A stretch of 63,096 nucleotides of DNA, the filler included, from Sanchytrium tribonematis (Eukaryota): assembly GCA_018985235.1 (NCBI GenBank). It is 28 parts of 28 records of this genome, joined end to end, with 100 filler letters (N's around TTAATTAATTAA, not from the genome) between each part and the next. Parts side by side here need not be neighbours in the genome. Positions count along the whole stretch, not along the records: positions 38,963 to 54,897 come from JADGIG010000141.1; positions 54,998 to 56,080 come from JADGIG010001428.1; positions 56,181 to 57,261 come from JADGIG010001429.1; positions 57,362 to 58,435 come from JADGIG010001430.1; positions 58,536 to 59,608 come from JADGIG010001431.1; positions 59,709 to 60,772 come from JADGIG010001432.1; positions 60,873 to 61,936 come from JADGIG010001433.1; positions 62,037 to 63,096 come from JADGIG010001434.1; 20 more parts are not named here. One strand, written 5' to 3'. The notes under the pieces were generated by a model, which did not search any database, was not told where the DNA came from, and saw nothing but the letters and a program-made list of their open reading frames with translations. The stretch's first letter is position 1; every line of letters begins with the position of its first letter. This document shows, one piece after another, positions 53,077 to 63,096 of the stretch. A program made the position numbers and the translations under genes.

Positions 53077-54396
53077 TTAATATCGAAGTAAATTCATTGC
53101 ACTTCGCACTCTGTTGTAATCTGACATTAATTCCAAAGGCCCAATTCCGACTAAAGCAACATCTTTATCATAGACATATTTCGAAATCGTTTTAGATAAT
53201 TCATCAGCAGATACATTGTCAATTTTAATTTGTAAAGTAACAGGGTCAGTGTAATTTTCAAAGCATGTCAATTGTCTACCGAGGTCTTCCATCAGCAAAG
53301 CATTCCCATCTTGGTTTTTTGCAAGAAGATATTTAGTTGCTTCTTTTGCTTTCTTGAGTTGAGCATCTGTGATAGACAAGGAATATTTCAACATTTCTTT
53401 TTGAGCGAAATTGATGACTTGATCGAGATAATCTTTGGCTTCAGACTGTATGTAATACCCAAATAAACCACTTTTTGCATACGTGGCGTAAAATCCCATG
53501 TAAGAATTTGCAATATTATATTTGGAGTACTGCTGAGATAAAGGAGAAGAAAGTTTTGAGGCGGCGCCAAGAGATCTATCCCATTGACCCAAAAGAGAGC
53601 TCGCAATCAACATCGGAATATAATCGGGACTATTGTGGCTCGGGCCTTCGACTGCCAAAGCCAAGTGTGCAATTTTCATATCATCGTGTCTAAATCTTCC
53701 ATCACTACCAATAAATTTGGCGGAAGGTACAGCATGCGTTTCTGCTTCTGGTAATTTCAGATATTTAGAAACCCATTCGGCAACTTTTGAATGTTCAACA
53801 TCGCCTACGACAGTTACAACAGCATTATCTTGCGAATAATGTTCTTGATGAAAATCTCTTAATTTATCCTGGGACATTTGTTCAACAACTTCCGCTTGAC
53901 CTAGAATTGTATATCCTAAGGTGTGGCCATTGTAAGCAATTGAATGAAGATGGTCGAAAGCGGTTTCCATTTGGTCCTTGGCAATTTCTTCCATCTCTCT
54001 TTTAATAACACTTTTTTCGTTTTCAATGGCATTCTTTTCCAAAGCAGGAATGCTGACCATCTCCGCTAAGTGCTGAAAAGCTTTCTCGGACTTTGAAGCC
54101 AAGGCATGGGCAGAATAGCAAGTTTGTTCTCTAGTTGTGAAAGCTGCGAAAGGAACACCATTGTGCTCCGCGAACTTTTCTAATTCTGCCTGTGAAGTTT
54201 TCTGGGTGCCCTTGAATAACAAGTGTTCCAAAAAATGAGCTGTACCATTATTATCTAAGTTTTCAAAAGCCGATCCAGTTTTGAACCAGACTCCAAGAGA
54301 AGTAGTTGGCGTAGGCACTTTAATTGTAGCAACTTTAATTTTACCAACTTGAGATATGTCTGGATTGATGGAAAATTTGCGAATACTTCGTAACAT
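53077..54396 (-). CDS. MAS1: Mitochondrial processing peptidase beta / core 1 (M16)
   Basis: NNGTAHFLEHL.FKGT, AFTTREQT.Y, LGYTILG, DYNRVRS.M..LRY. Confidence 0.93.
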   Translation of the reverse strand: MLRSIRKFSINPDISQVGKIKVATIKVPTPTTSLGVWFKTGSAFENLDNNGTAHFLEHLLFKGTQKTSQAELEKFAEHNGVPFAAFTTREQTCYSAHALASKSEKAFQHLAEMVSIPALEKNAIENEKSVIKREMEEIAKDQMETAFDHLHSIAYNGHTLGYTILGQAEVVEQMSQDKLRDFHQEHYSQDNAVVTVVGDVEHSKVAEWVSKYLKLPEAETHAVPSAKFIGSDGRFRHDDMKIAHLALAVEGPSHNSPDYIPMLIASSLLGQWDRSLGAASKLSSPLSQQYSKYNIANSYMGFYATYAKSGLFGYYIQSEAKDYLDQVINFAQKEMLKYSLSITDAQLKKAKEATKYLLAKNQDGNALLMEDLGRQLTCFENYTDPVTLQIKIDNVSADELSKTISKYVYDKDVALVGIGPLELMSDYNRVRSAMNLLRY

Positions 54397-54404
54397 ACGT
54401 TATT

Positions 54405-54897
54405 TCAGGGGTGACTCAAAAAATTTTGATTTAACAAATTGACGGCTGTGGATATTGCTCTTTCTCTTTCTTCTGCGCTTGTTTTCATGGCAGCCAGTGT
54501 CTCGTCGTTTGTCTTTTGTCGTTGTTGAAGGTCTATGATTGTTGATTTGAGAGAATGGTAGTTGTTTAACAAACCTAATTTTTCTTGAATTTCTACGAAG
54601 GAGTCCTGCGCTTGAAGTTTCACGCTGTGTTTTTGCTGCCGTTTTAAGGCCTGTTTGACCTTTTTGTATCTATTTTTATATCGATGAAGCTTTGTTTCTA
54701 ATTTGTTAAATGAAAGGTTACGATTGTCTAAATTCGATCGCAACTCTTCTGAAATTTTAAGCAAATTCTCAGATGCACTCTTGTACTCAGCGGACTTCTG
54801 TTTTAAACTTAAATTTTTGCCTTCCAAATCCGCAATCTTTTTAGATTGCTTCCCAAATTCAACGATTTTATTGTCCAAGGCTTGCTTCACATTTTTG
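54405..54897 (-). CDS. Coiled-coil protein, C-terminal fragment
   Basis: Open to the contig end. Confidence 0.65.
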
Positions 54898-55170
54898 NNN
54901 NNNNNNNNNNNNNNNNNNNNNNNNNNNNNNNNNNNNNNNNNTTAATTAATTAANNNNNNNNNNNNNNNNNNNNNNNNNNNNNNNNNNNNNNNNNNNNTAT
55001 CTAACCAATTTTCTGGATGTTTGAATACTCGTTTGATTTGCTCTGGCGAAGACTGCATTAAAAGTGAAAAAGTTAACTTGAATTGGATTTTTTAATCGGA
55101 TGAAACGTGTTTGCAATCTTATTTTAGACCTCTAAAATCACTATAAAATGGACCACGTCACTTTTATTTC

Positions 55171-56040
55171 ATGTGTCTGATCAATAGCCACTTACCATTA
55201 GAAATAATTCTTAATATTTACGAGTATTTACCATTAAATTTCAATTATTATTTAATTTGCAAATCAGTTTATCAAGAATATGCCAATTTAGTATTCTCAA
55301 AATTCATATTTATAGAGGGATTAATAGAACATATTAAATATGGATATTTATTAGAGAATCCATTCATCAATTATTCTAATTTCGTAAAAGAGATTATTTT
55401 AATGGGTCAATATTTGCCATTATTCTCAAATTATCCATATTTACCACATGCTACTAAATTGAGTATTAATCATTGCCATTTTAATGATGTTGTAACCCAA
55501 TTTCCAAATATCCAATCCCTTGAAATCGATCAATACAAAACAATCAATTTCAGCGGATTAAATAAATTCCATCATTTAAATGAAATTCACTTTTCAGAGA
55601 GTTGTCCATGTGAAAATATATCCATTCAACAATTCAAATCCATTCCATTGATTAAAAATGAAGTTGATTTAACATTTTACAATATTCACTCTCAAGTCAT
55701 TTTATTGATTCCTATTAAGTTCCCTAAATTCAGTCGATTATCATTTGTATTCACGATTGAATGTGTCAATCATGCAGATATAGATACGGCTATTCAATTA
55801 ATCCAATCTGTGGGCAGAGATGTTTATATTTATATTAATGAGCATATTACTATTCAAAATAGTGATTGTAATGAATTAGAGATGAATATGATAGAAACTA
55901 GACAATGTGGAATCCATTTAATAGCCAGAAATGAGATGGATTACGAGTTTTATGGCCATTTAATGACAATTCCGTGTTTGAAACCAATTTTATCGAATTT
56001 GGATATTCATAAATACACGTTGGAGAGTGAAGATGAATAA
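55171..56040 (+). CDS. F-box protein
   Basis: LPLEIILNIYEYL.....LICK, then LRR-like repeats. Confidence 0.75.
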   Translation: MCLINSHLPLEIILNIYEYLPLNFNYYLICKSVYQEYANLVFSKFIFIEGLIEHIKYGYLLENPFINYSNFVKEIILMGQYLPLFSNYPYLPHATKLSINHCHFNDVVTQFPNIQSLEIDQYKTINFSGLNKFHHLNEIHFSESCPCENISIQQFKSIPLIKNEVDLTFYNIHSQVILLIPIKFPKFSRLSFVFTIECVNHADIDTAIQLIQSVGRDVYIYINEHITIQNSDCNELEMNMIETRQCGIHLIARNEMDYEFYGHLMTIPCLKPILSNLDIHKYTLESEDE

Positions 56041-56180
56041 ATTATGATTGAATAATGTTGTGTTCAAATCGCACAATCACNNNNNNNNNNNNNNNNNNNN
56101 NNNNNNNNNNNNNNNNNNNNNNNNTTAATTAATTAANNNNNNNNNNNNNNNNNNNNNNNNNNNNNNNNNNNNNNNNNNNN

Positions 56181-56365
56181 TCAAATGTGCTACTTGTTCA
56201 ACAACATTGACAATGGCAACGTTTGCTTGTTTGGATGGGGTCAACTATTGTAAACCTCACTTTAAGCAATTGTTCAAAAGAAAAGGAAGCTACAAAGATA
56301 TCCAACCAGACGCTTTACAAACTGAAGAAATGAAAAGAAAAAGTATGGCTTCCCAAGGAGAATAG
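56181..56365 (+). CDS. LIM-domain protein, C-terminal fragment (not in ORF track)
   Basis: KCATCSTTLTMATFACLDGVNYCKPHFKQLFKRKGSY. Confidence 0.85.
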
Positions 56366-56504
56366 TTATTTATAAAATAAATATATTCTATACAACTTGC
56401 AAATGTAAAATTCAATTCTGAACTTTCGATATTTTATTTGTCTCGATTTACAAAAAACGCGATTTGATTAGCGTTGAAAGCAAACGAAGCCATTTTCTGA
56501 AAAA

Positions 56505-57261
<757 letters not shown>

Positions 57262-57421
57262 NNNNNNNNNNNNNNNNNNNNNNNNNNNNNNNNNNNNNNN
57301 NNNNNTTAATTAATTAANNNNNNNNNNNNNNNNNNNNNNNNNNNNNNNNNNNNNNNNNNNNAATTAAATGCTGCCGCTTTGCATTTTGAGTATACATAAA
57401 TCGTCATAAAAAATCAATCCA

Positions 57422-58435
57422 TCAGAGAGCTAAGAAATGTTTTACCAAACACTCCAGGTGATATTGGATTGTTCTCAAATCACAAATCAATAAAGTATCA
57501 TCAAATTTGATGGTGACATCCAACACCAGATTATTATGTATAAACAATGCAGCAGGGCGTAAAAATGTCAAATTGCCACTCATGAAATTATCATTGAAAT
57601 AAATCGTAGTTCCTGTAAATGAGGCATCTGTGCAGCCACTTATTTGATTATAAGATATATCTAAGGTTGTAGCTGTGGCTATAGTTTTTGGAATATTGCC
57701 AGTTAATAAATTGTGAGACACATTTAAAAATACCAAATTTGACCAATTCGGGATCTCACCAATAAGATAGTGACTAGATAAATCAAGAGATGTGACTGTA
57801 TTAGGTATGTTATATGTCGATTTAATGGATTGTTACTAAAGTAAAAGCCATTTATATTTAAAGGAAATGATTTTGGGAATTTCTTGAATTGGTTTGAACT
57901 CAAATACAAATTTGTAATGGTCATATAGCTTAAATCAATCTCACCACTCAATTGGTTATTTGAAAAATCAACATAGAATGCGAACTGCTCTTTAAAGTTG
58001 GTAAATTTCCTGTAAATAAATTCCATGAAAAATCAACTTTTGAAGATAGGGTGCTAGAGATATTTGGAATTATACCAGTAAGCATATTATGGGACACTGA
58101 TAATGTGACTAGTCCTACTGGCCAATTAGCAGATAGATCGCCTGTTAATTGATTAAATCCTACTTGGAAAGTTTTCATTAAACTTGGAATATTTGGCAAA
58201 TTACCATTAAATTGATTGTTTTCAAGGTTCAAATCGGTAATTATAGATGTCAGAGATGGTATTGGTCCATATATTTGATTAATATTGCCATATATCTTGC
58301 TCAAACCAAAAAGGAATAAATTTGGAAATTTACCAAAAATCAAATTATTAGAGATATCTAAATACTGCAGATTGGTCGGAAAGAGTGGCATTTTGACAAG
58401 TCCAATTTGGTAATACCATCAGGGAATGAGGCAGG
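57422..58435 (-). pseudogene. LRR surface-protein pseudogene
   Basis: LRR periodicity switches frame three times (near 57990, 57810 and 57475) with no GT-AG intron at the junctions. Confidence 0.75.
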
Positions 58436-58535
58436 NNNNNNNNNNNNNNNNNNNNNNNNNNNNNNNNNNNNNNNNNNNNTTAATTAATTAANNNNNNNNN
58501 NNNNNNNNNNNNNNNNNNNNNNNNNNNNNNNNNNN

Positions 58536-59608
58536 ATTCGATAAAAACTCCTGATTTAGGGTACCCAGACTTCCAAAATTTGCGAATGACTGCTCAAATA
58601 AGGACGAGTCAAAGGTGTTTTCAACAGGTTCCTTTTCTGTGTTTTTTTCTTCCCCGTAGCCTTTAGGTCTTGGCAATTTCATTTGCGATACCTTCATATT
58701 ATTTAATGGACCTTCGACCAAAAGGCTCTTTTCGCGAAAATGACCGATAAGATGATACCATAAAGAATTCTTCGCCAACACTCTGGGGTTTCCAACAATA
58801 ATAAGTCCGAATTTGGACCGAGTAATTGCCACATTCAATCTACGAGGATCTCTCAAGAATCCGATTCCTTGCTTTTCATTAGATCTGACACACGTTAAAA
58901 TAATATAATCTTTTTCCCGACCTTGAAAAGAATCCACGCTGGCAATTTCAATTTTTGAAAGATCGTCGCGACTAATCGATCCATTGTTCATCATATGTGC
59001 AACTAGAAAAGCTCTTTGTCCTTCATACGGTGTAATAATCCCGATTTGATCTGGTAAAATACCTGATTTCATCATTTTTGTTACAATTTTATCAACAATA
59101 CTTGCTTCTGTTCTATTGAGATATGATAGACCAGATCCAGATATTTCTTCTTGGCCTTGGCAGCTAAAAAAGAACATTGGGGAATCGGGATTCGGCCAAG
59201 GAAATTCCTGATTAGCTTGTCTAGCAAACTTTGAAACACCGTTCTGAAGATTGCCCTCGTAAAACATATTGGACGGAAATTCAGACAAGCAAGGATGCAT
59301 TCTGTATTGAATTTGAAGCATAAGAGGCTTGAACCCATTTTTGACAAGTCTTTCGAATAAACTTTGAGTAAGACCTAATTTAGTATAATATACCAGCTTT
59401 AGCTACAGCTTTCGACATTATGACAGGAGGTAATTGCTCATGATCACCAATTAATACAGCACGCTTGCACCCCTTAACCAGAGGAATGAGGCACTCCGGC
59501 TCTGTGGCTTGTGTGGCCTCGTCTATAACTACGGTCTCAAATTGCATCTTATTAAGCCGCAAATCACCAGCACCAACACAAGTACAGCAAATAACATCAG
59601 CTTGTTCT
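58536..59608 (-). CDS. UPF1: Nonsense-mediated decay helicase, internal fragment, 19-nt intron at 59375-59393
   Basis: [68 protein letters not shown]. Confidence 0.96.
59375..59393 (-). other. 19-nt intron GTATATTATACTAAATTAG
   Basis: Interrupts the conserved AGL.QSLFERL. Confidence 0.96.
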
Positions 59609-59708
59609 NNNNNNNNNNNNNNNNNNNNNNNNNNNNNNNNNNNNNNNNNNNNTTAATTAATTAANNNNNNNNNNNNNNNNNNNNNNNNNNNNNNNNNNNN
59701 NNNNNNNN

Positions 59709-60602
59709 TATATGGATAAACTTTACAGAAACCCTAAAAGGGAAATTGGAGTGGTCGATGGAAGTGAATGGTACAAGCAGCAAGCAATCAGGGCGATAAA
59801 TCAAGCAATTGGTCGTGTGATTAGACACAAGAACGATTTTGGCTGCATTATATTGTTAGATCAGCGATTTTGTGTCAATAGCTATAAGAAATATCTTCCA
59901 CAATGGATCCGTCCCTATTTTATTCAGAACGAAAATTTCACTGATACCCTGCTAGCAGTCAAGTCGTTCTTTCGAAATCCGAAAATTAAAGAAATAAGGC
60001 AATTAACTTTAAAAAAAGATTCTATAAAAGTCACTAAAAGAGCTAATCAGGAACCACAGGATACGGTAATTTCGCACAAGAAGCAGAAAATTGAAATGGA
60101 AAATGAGGATAAGAAAGCATCTCGTGAAGGGAAAAAGGCGGAGGCAAAATTGTTTATGGAGCAATTGAAATTAAGACTTCAAAAACCAGACTTTACAAAA
60201 TTTAAGCAAAACTTGCTTCAGTTGAATAACAAAACTATGGATAGCGCTGATTTTGCTAGAGAAATAATTCAATATTTTTTAAATTCAAAAGTAACTATGA
60301 TTGATCAACGACATCTTTTAACAAAGTTAGCTACTTTTATTCCTGGTAGTACTCGAGTTCATTATTTGTCAATAGTCAATTCTCATATAAGAAAGTAAAT
60401 TGTTGTTAATTTTAGGTTACATACGCCAAGATTACCACGTTGTGTGTTCTGTACCAAGTCGGTCGATAAGCCACATTGTTGCATAAGGTGCAAAATTGTA
60501 GGCTGTTGGTCCTGCTGGTTTGTCAAAGATAGGTGCGAGTGCGGAGCTAGACTTGGAAAGCACCGTTTAAAAAATTTAAAAGAAATTTGCATTTTCATTT
60601 GA
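59709..60602 (+). CDS. RTEL1: RTEL1-like XPD-family helicase, C-terminal part with a Cys-rich RING-like end; 21-nt intron at 60395-60415
   Basis: WYKQQAIRAINQAIGRVIRHKNDFG; spliced tail CVFC..C..C..CWSC..CEC. Confidence 0.85.
60395..60415 (+). other. 21-nt intron GTAAATTGTTGTTAATTTTAG containing an in-frame TAA
   Basis: Removal attaches the Cys-rich exon in frame. Confidence 0.75.
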
Positions 60603-60627
60603 GAAAGGCAATTTTTGAAACGGGCTC

Positions 60628-60772
60628 ATGCCGAAATCTATTGAAGAAATCAAAGCAACTAGGCCAGGGAAAACCCTTATTGATCAAATTCCGTCATATG
60701 AGCAGCAACGAATAATACAAGAAAGTGGAATCTTGAATGCCAACCCTTCTCAACATACTCCCACCGGAAAAT
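60628..60772 (+). CDS. Hypothetical protein, N-terminal fragment
   Basis: ATG 25 nt after the RTEL1 stop; open to the contig end. Confidence 0.5.
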
Positions 60773-60872
60773 NNNNNNNNNNNNNNNNNNNNNNNNNNNN
60801 NNNNNNNNNNNNNNNNTTAATTAATTAANNNNNNNNNNNNNNNNNNNNNNNNNNNNNNNNNNNNNNNNNNNN

Positions 60873-61852
60873 TGAGATGATATATTGTCAATTGACTCAA
60901 TTTAATGGGTAAAATAGGCACATTTCCAGTGAATTGATTGTCACTTAAATCTAAAATACTTAAATTGGATTTGGAATTGAGTTGTACGTGGAAATAAGTG
61001 ATATTGGAGATATCCCCACTTAATCGATTATCATTTAATGTCAATTGGATGAATGAAGGTGGCAATTGGGGTAAAATGCCGTGAAATAAATTGTTATCTG
61101 CCACGAAAAAATGGATATTTGGAGGAAATTCGAGTGTGGCATTGATTCTGTTGTAATATAAATTGATATCTGTTAAATTGACTGGAAATGGATATGTTAC
61201 TCCATTTAAATTGTTGTAACACGCATTTAAACCCGTCAGACTAGGAGGTAATTTAGGAAGAATACCACTGAATTTATCACCACATATTCCCAAATATTTA
61301 AGTGAATTTGGTAGATTGGTAATATTTCCATCATACTTGTTGCTATCTAATTCTAAATATTGTAGACCATTTGGCAAATGAAGGGGAAATGAACCTGAAA
61401 TTTGATTTGAAATGACACTCAAATATGTCAAATTGGATGGTAGTGCATTGAATCCGGTAAATTGATTGTTTCCCAAGGATAAATTGATCTACAGAATCAG
61501 GGAAACTGGGAATAGTGCCATTGAATTTGTTGTACGGGACTTTAAATTGATTTAAAGTGGGTGGATATCCTGTAGTGGGTAAATTGCCAATGATAGAATT
61601 ACCCTCCAAGTCAATATATTGTAATTGAGATGGTAAATTTGCTGTAAAAATTCCATTTAATCCCAAAAAACGCCAAGATATCCTTGTAATCACCCCTACT
61701 GTGCAAGTGACACCGGTGACAATACCAGTACAGCAATTGTTATTGATTTCATTCATGATAGTTGGATTTGTCAAATGCATGTTTAAACCGAGCGCAAATT
61801 GCTTCAAGTTTTGGCAATCAGTAAGTGCAGTAGTGAAAGTGACAAGAAGCAT
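60873..61852 (-). pseudogene. Secreted LRR protein with a single frameshift near 61472 (pseudogene or assembly error)
   Basis: Signal-like start, DC...A.GLNM...NNCC..GVTC cap, LxxNxxxGxxP repeats; one extra base in GGGAAACAAT. Confidence 0.7.
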
Positions 61853-62036
61853 CTTGGAGAGGGGCGTTGCTGCTATTTACATTGAAATATAACCCATTGA
61901 ATGGTCGATAATTAGAATATTCTAAAAATGGCATTTNNNNNNNNNNNNNNNNNNNNNNNNNNNNNNNNNNNNNNNNNNNNTTAATTAATTAANNNNNNNN
62001 NNNNNNNNNNNNNNNNNNNNNNNNNNNNNNNNNNNN

Positions 62037-63096
62037 TTGCTTAAATTTTGTAAAGTCTGGTTTTTGAAGTCTTAATTTCAATTGCTCCATAAACAATTTT
62101 GCCTCCGCCTTTTTCCCTTCACGAGATGCTTTCTTATCCTCATTTTCCATTTCAATTTTCTGCTTCTTGTGCGAAATTATCGTATTCTGTGGTTCCTGAT
62201 TAGCTCGTTTAGTGACTTTTATAGAATCCTTTTTTAAAGTTAATTGCCTTATTTCTTTAATTTTCGGATTTCGAAAGAACGATTTGACTGCTAGAAGGGT
62301 ATCAGTAAAATTGTCGTTCTGAATAAAATAGGGACGGATCCATTGTGGAAGATATTTCTTATAGCTATTGACACAAAATCGCTGGTCTAACAATACAATG
62401 CAGCCAAAATCGTTCTTATGTCTAATTACACGACCAATTGCTTGATTTATCGCCCTAATTGCTTGCTGCTTGTACCATTCACTTCCATCGACCACTCCAA
62501 TTTCCCTTTTAGGGTTTCTGTAAAGTTTATCCATATATGCCTTTTTCAAACTCACTTTTGCATCTCCTAAATTTGGAAAAGGGAACCCTATACATATAAC
62601 AGCTCTACATTTATCATTTCTAAAATCAATACCTTCACTTGCCTTTCCTCTACATACAGCGAATAAAATAGCCCCCTTTTTAAGAGATGTGGCATTTTCA
62701 AAATCTAAAACTATTTTTTCAAATTCGTCACGATTTTTTGATTCAATAAACAATTGCTTATCCAGGGTCAGTCTTTGATAGATTTTCGTACCTGAGGCTT
62801 TAAAATTTGTTTGACGCCATGATGTCAAACATTTCTCCATCAATGCATAAGCAGGGAAAAATACAAGAACTCCACCTATGACCTCGTCGCAAATTTCCAG
62901 AACAGAGTGGCCTAAATCTGCTAAATATTTCGGATCGTCTCTCTTGTCAAACGTACTAGATAAACTGTATCCCAAAGAGCCAGTAGAACTACTTCTAATG
63001 CAAACTTGAAATGGCTGAATCACATGAGGGTTGCTTAATTTGCTCCCATAAGTTAGACCAGACTCAAATGCAAAGGTGTCTAATGGGCTTAATGTT
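62037..63096 (-). CDS. RTEL1: RTEL1-like helicase, internal fragment; second allele or strain copy
   Basis: TLSPL, GGVLVFFPAY, AVCRGKASEGIDF, QAIGRVIRH; nearly identical to 59709-60210. Confidence 0.9.

Noticed and set aside
57422..58435. Micro-introns as the cause of the LRR frame switches
   Set aside because: No GT..AG segment fitting the consensus at the junctions; treated as indels.

Overview
This is not one contiguous locus. It is 28 assembly contigs (26 of about 1.06-1.12 kb, plus two of about 16 kb at 10956-26922 and 38963-54897) joined by an artificial 100-nt linker (N44-TTAATTAATTAA-N44). The DNA is from an AT-rich, very gene-dense eukaryote using the standard genetic code. The gene set suggests an early-diverging, zoosporic fungus or close holomycotan relative (inference): GPI8, COPG, ATG101, RPC11, RPB9, COX19, TSC2, UPF1, RTEL1, kinesin-8, GLT1, type-II NADH dehydrogenase, SWEET, DHCR7, divergent ciliary genes, secreted LRR family, a Crinkler-type effector, Helitron and retroelement relics. 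Three signals stand out. (1) Twelve of thirteen introns I could reconstruct are exactly 19 nt, with consensus GTA-N6-AYTNAYWYAG, an invariant branch-point A at -6 and no G at +5; the thirteenth is 21 nt. (2) An unannotated structured RNA at about 29573-29690 has U1-like loop motifs and an Sm site but lacks the canonical U1 5' arm. (3) An unannotated, duplicated cassette of divergently transcribed micro-genes (a 37-aa and a 42-aa peptide) has TATA boxes, synonymous-biased divergence and a repeated CACATCCAA promoter motif. All calls come from reading the sequence by eye; no searches were run.
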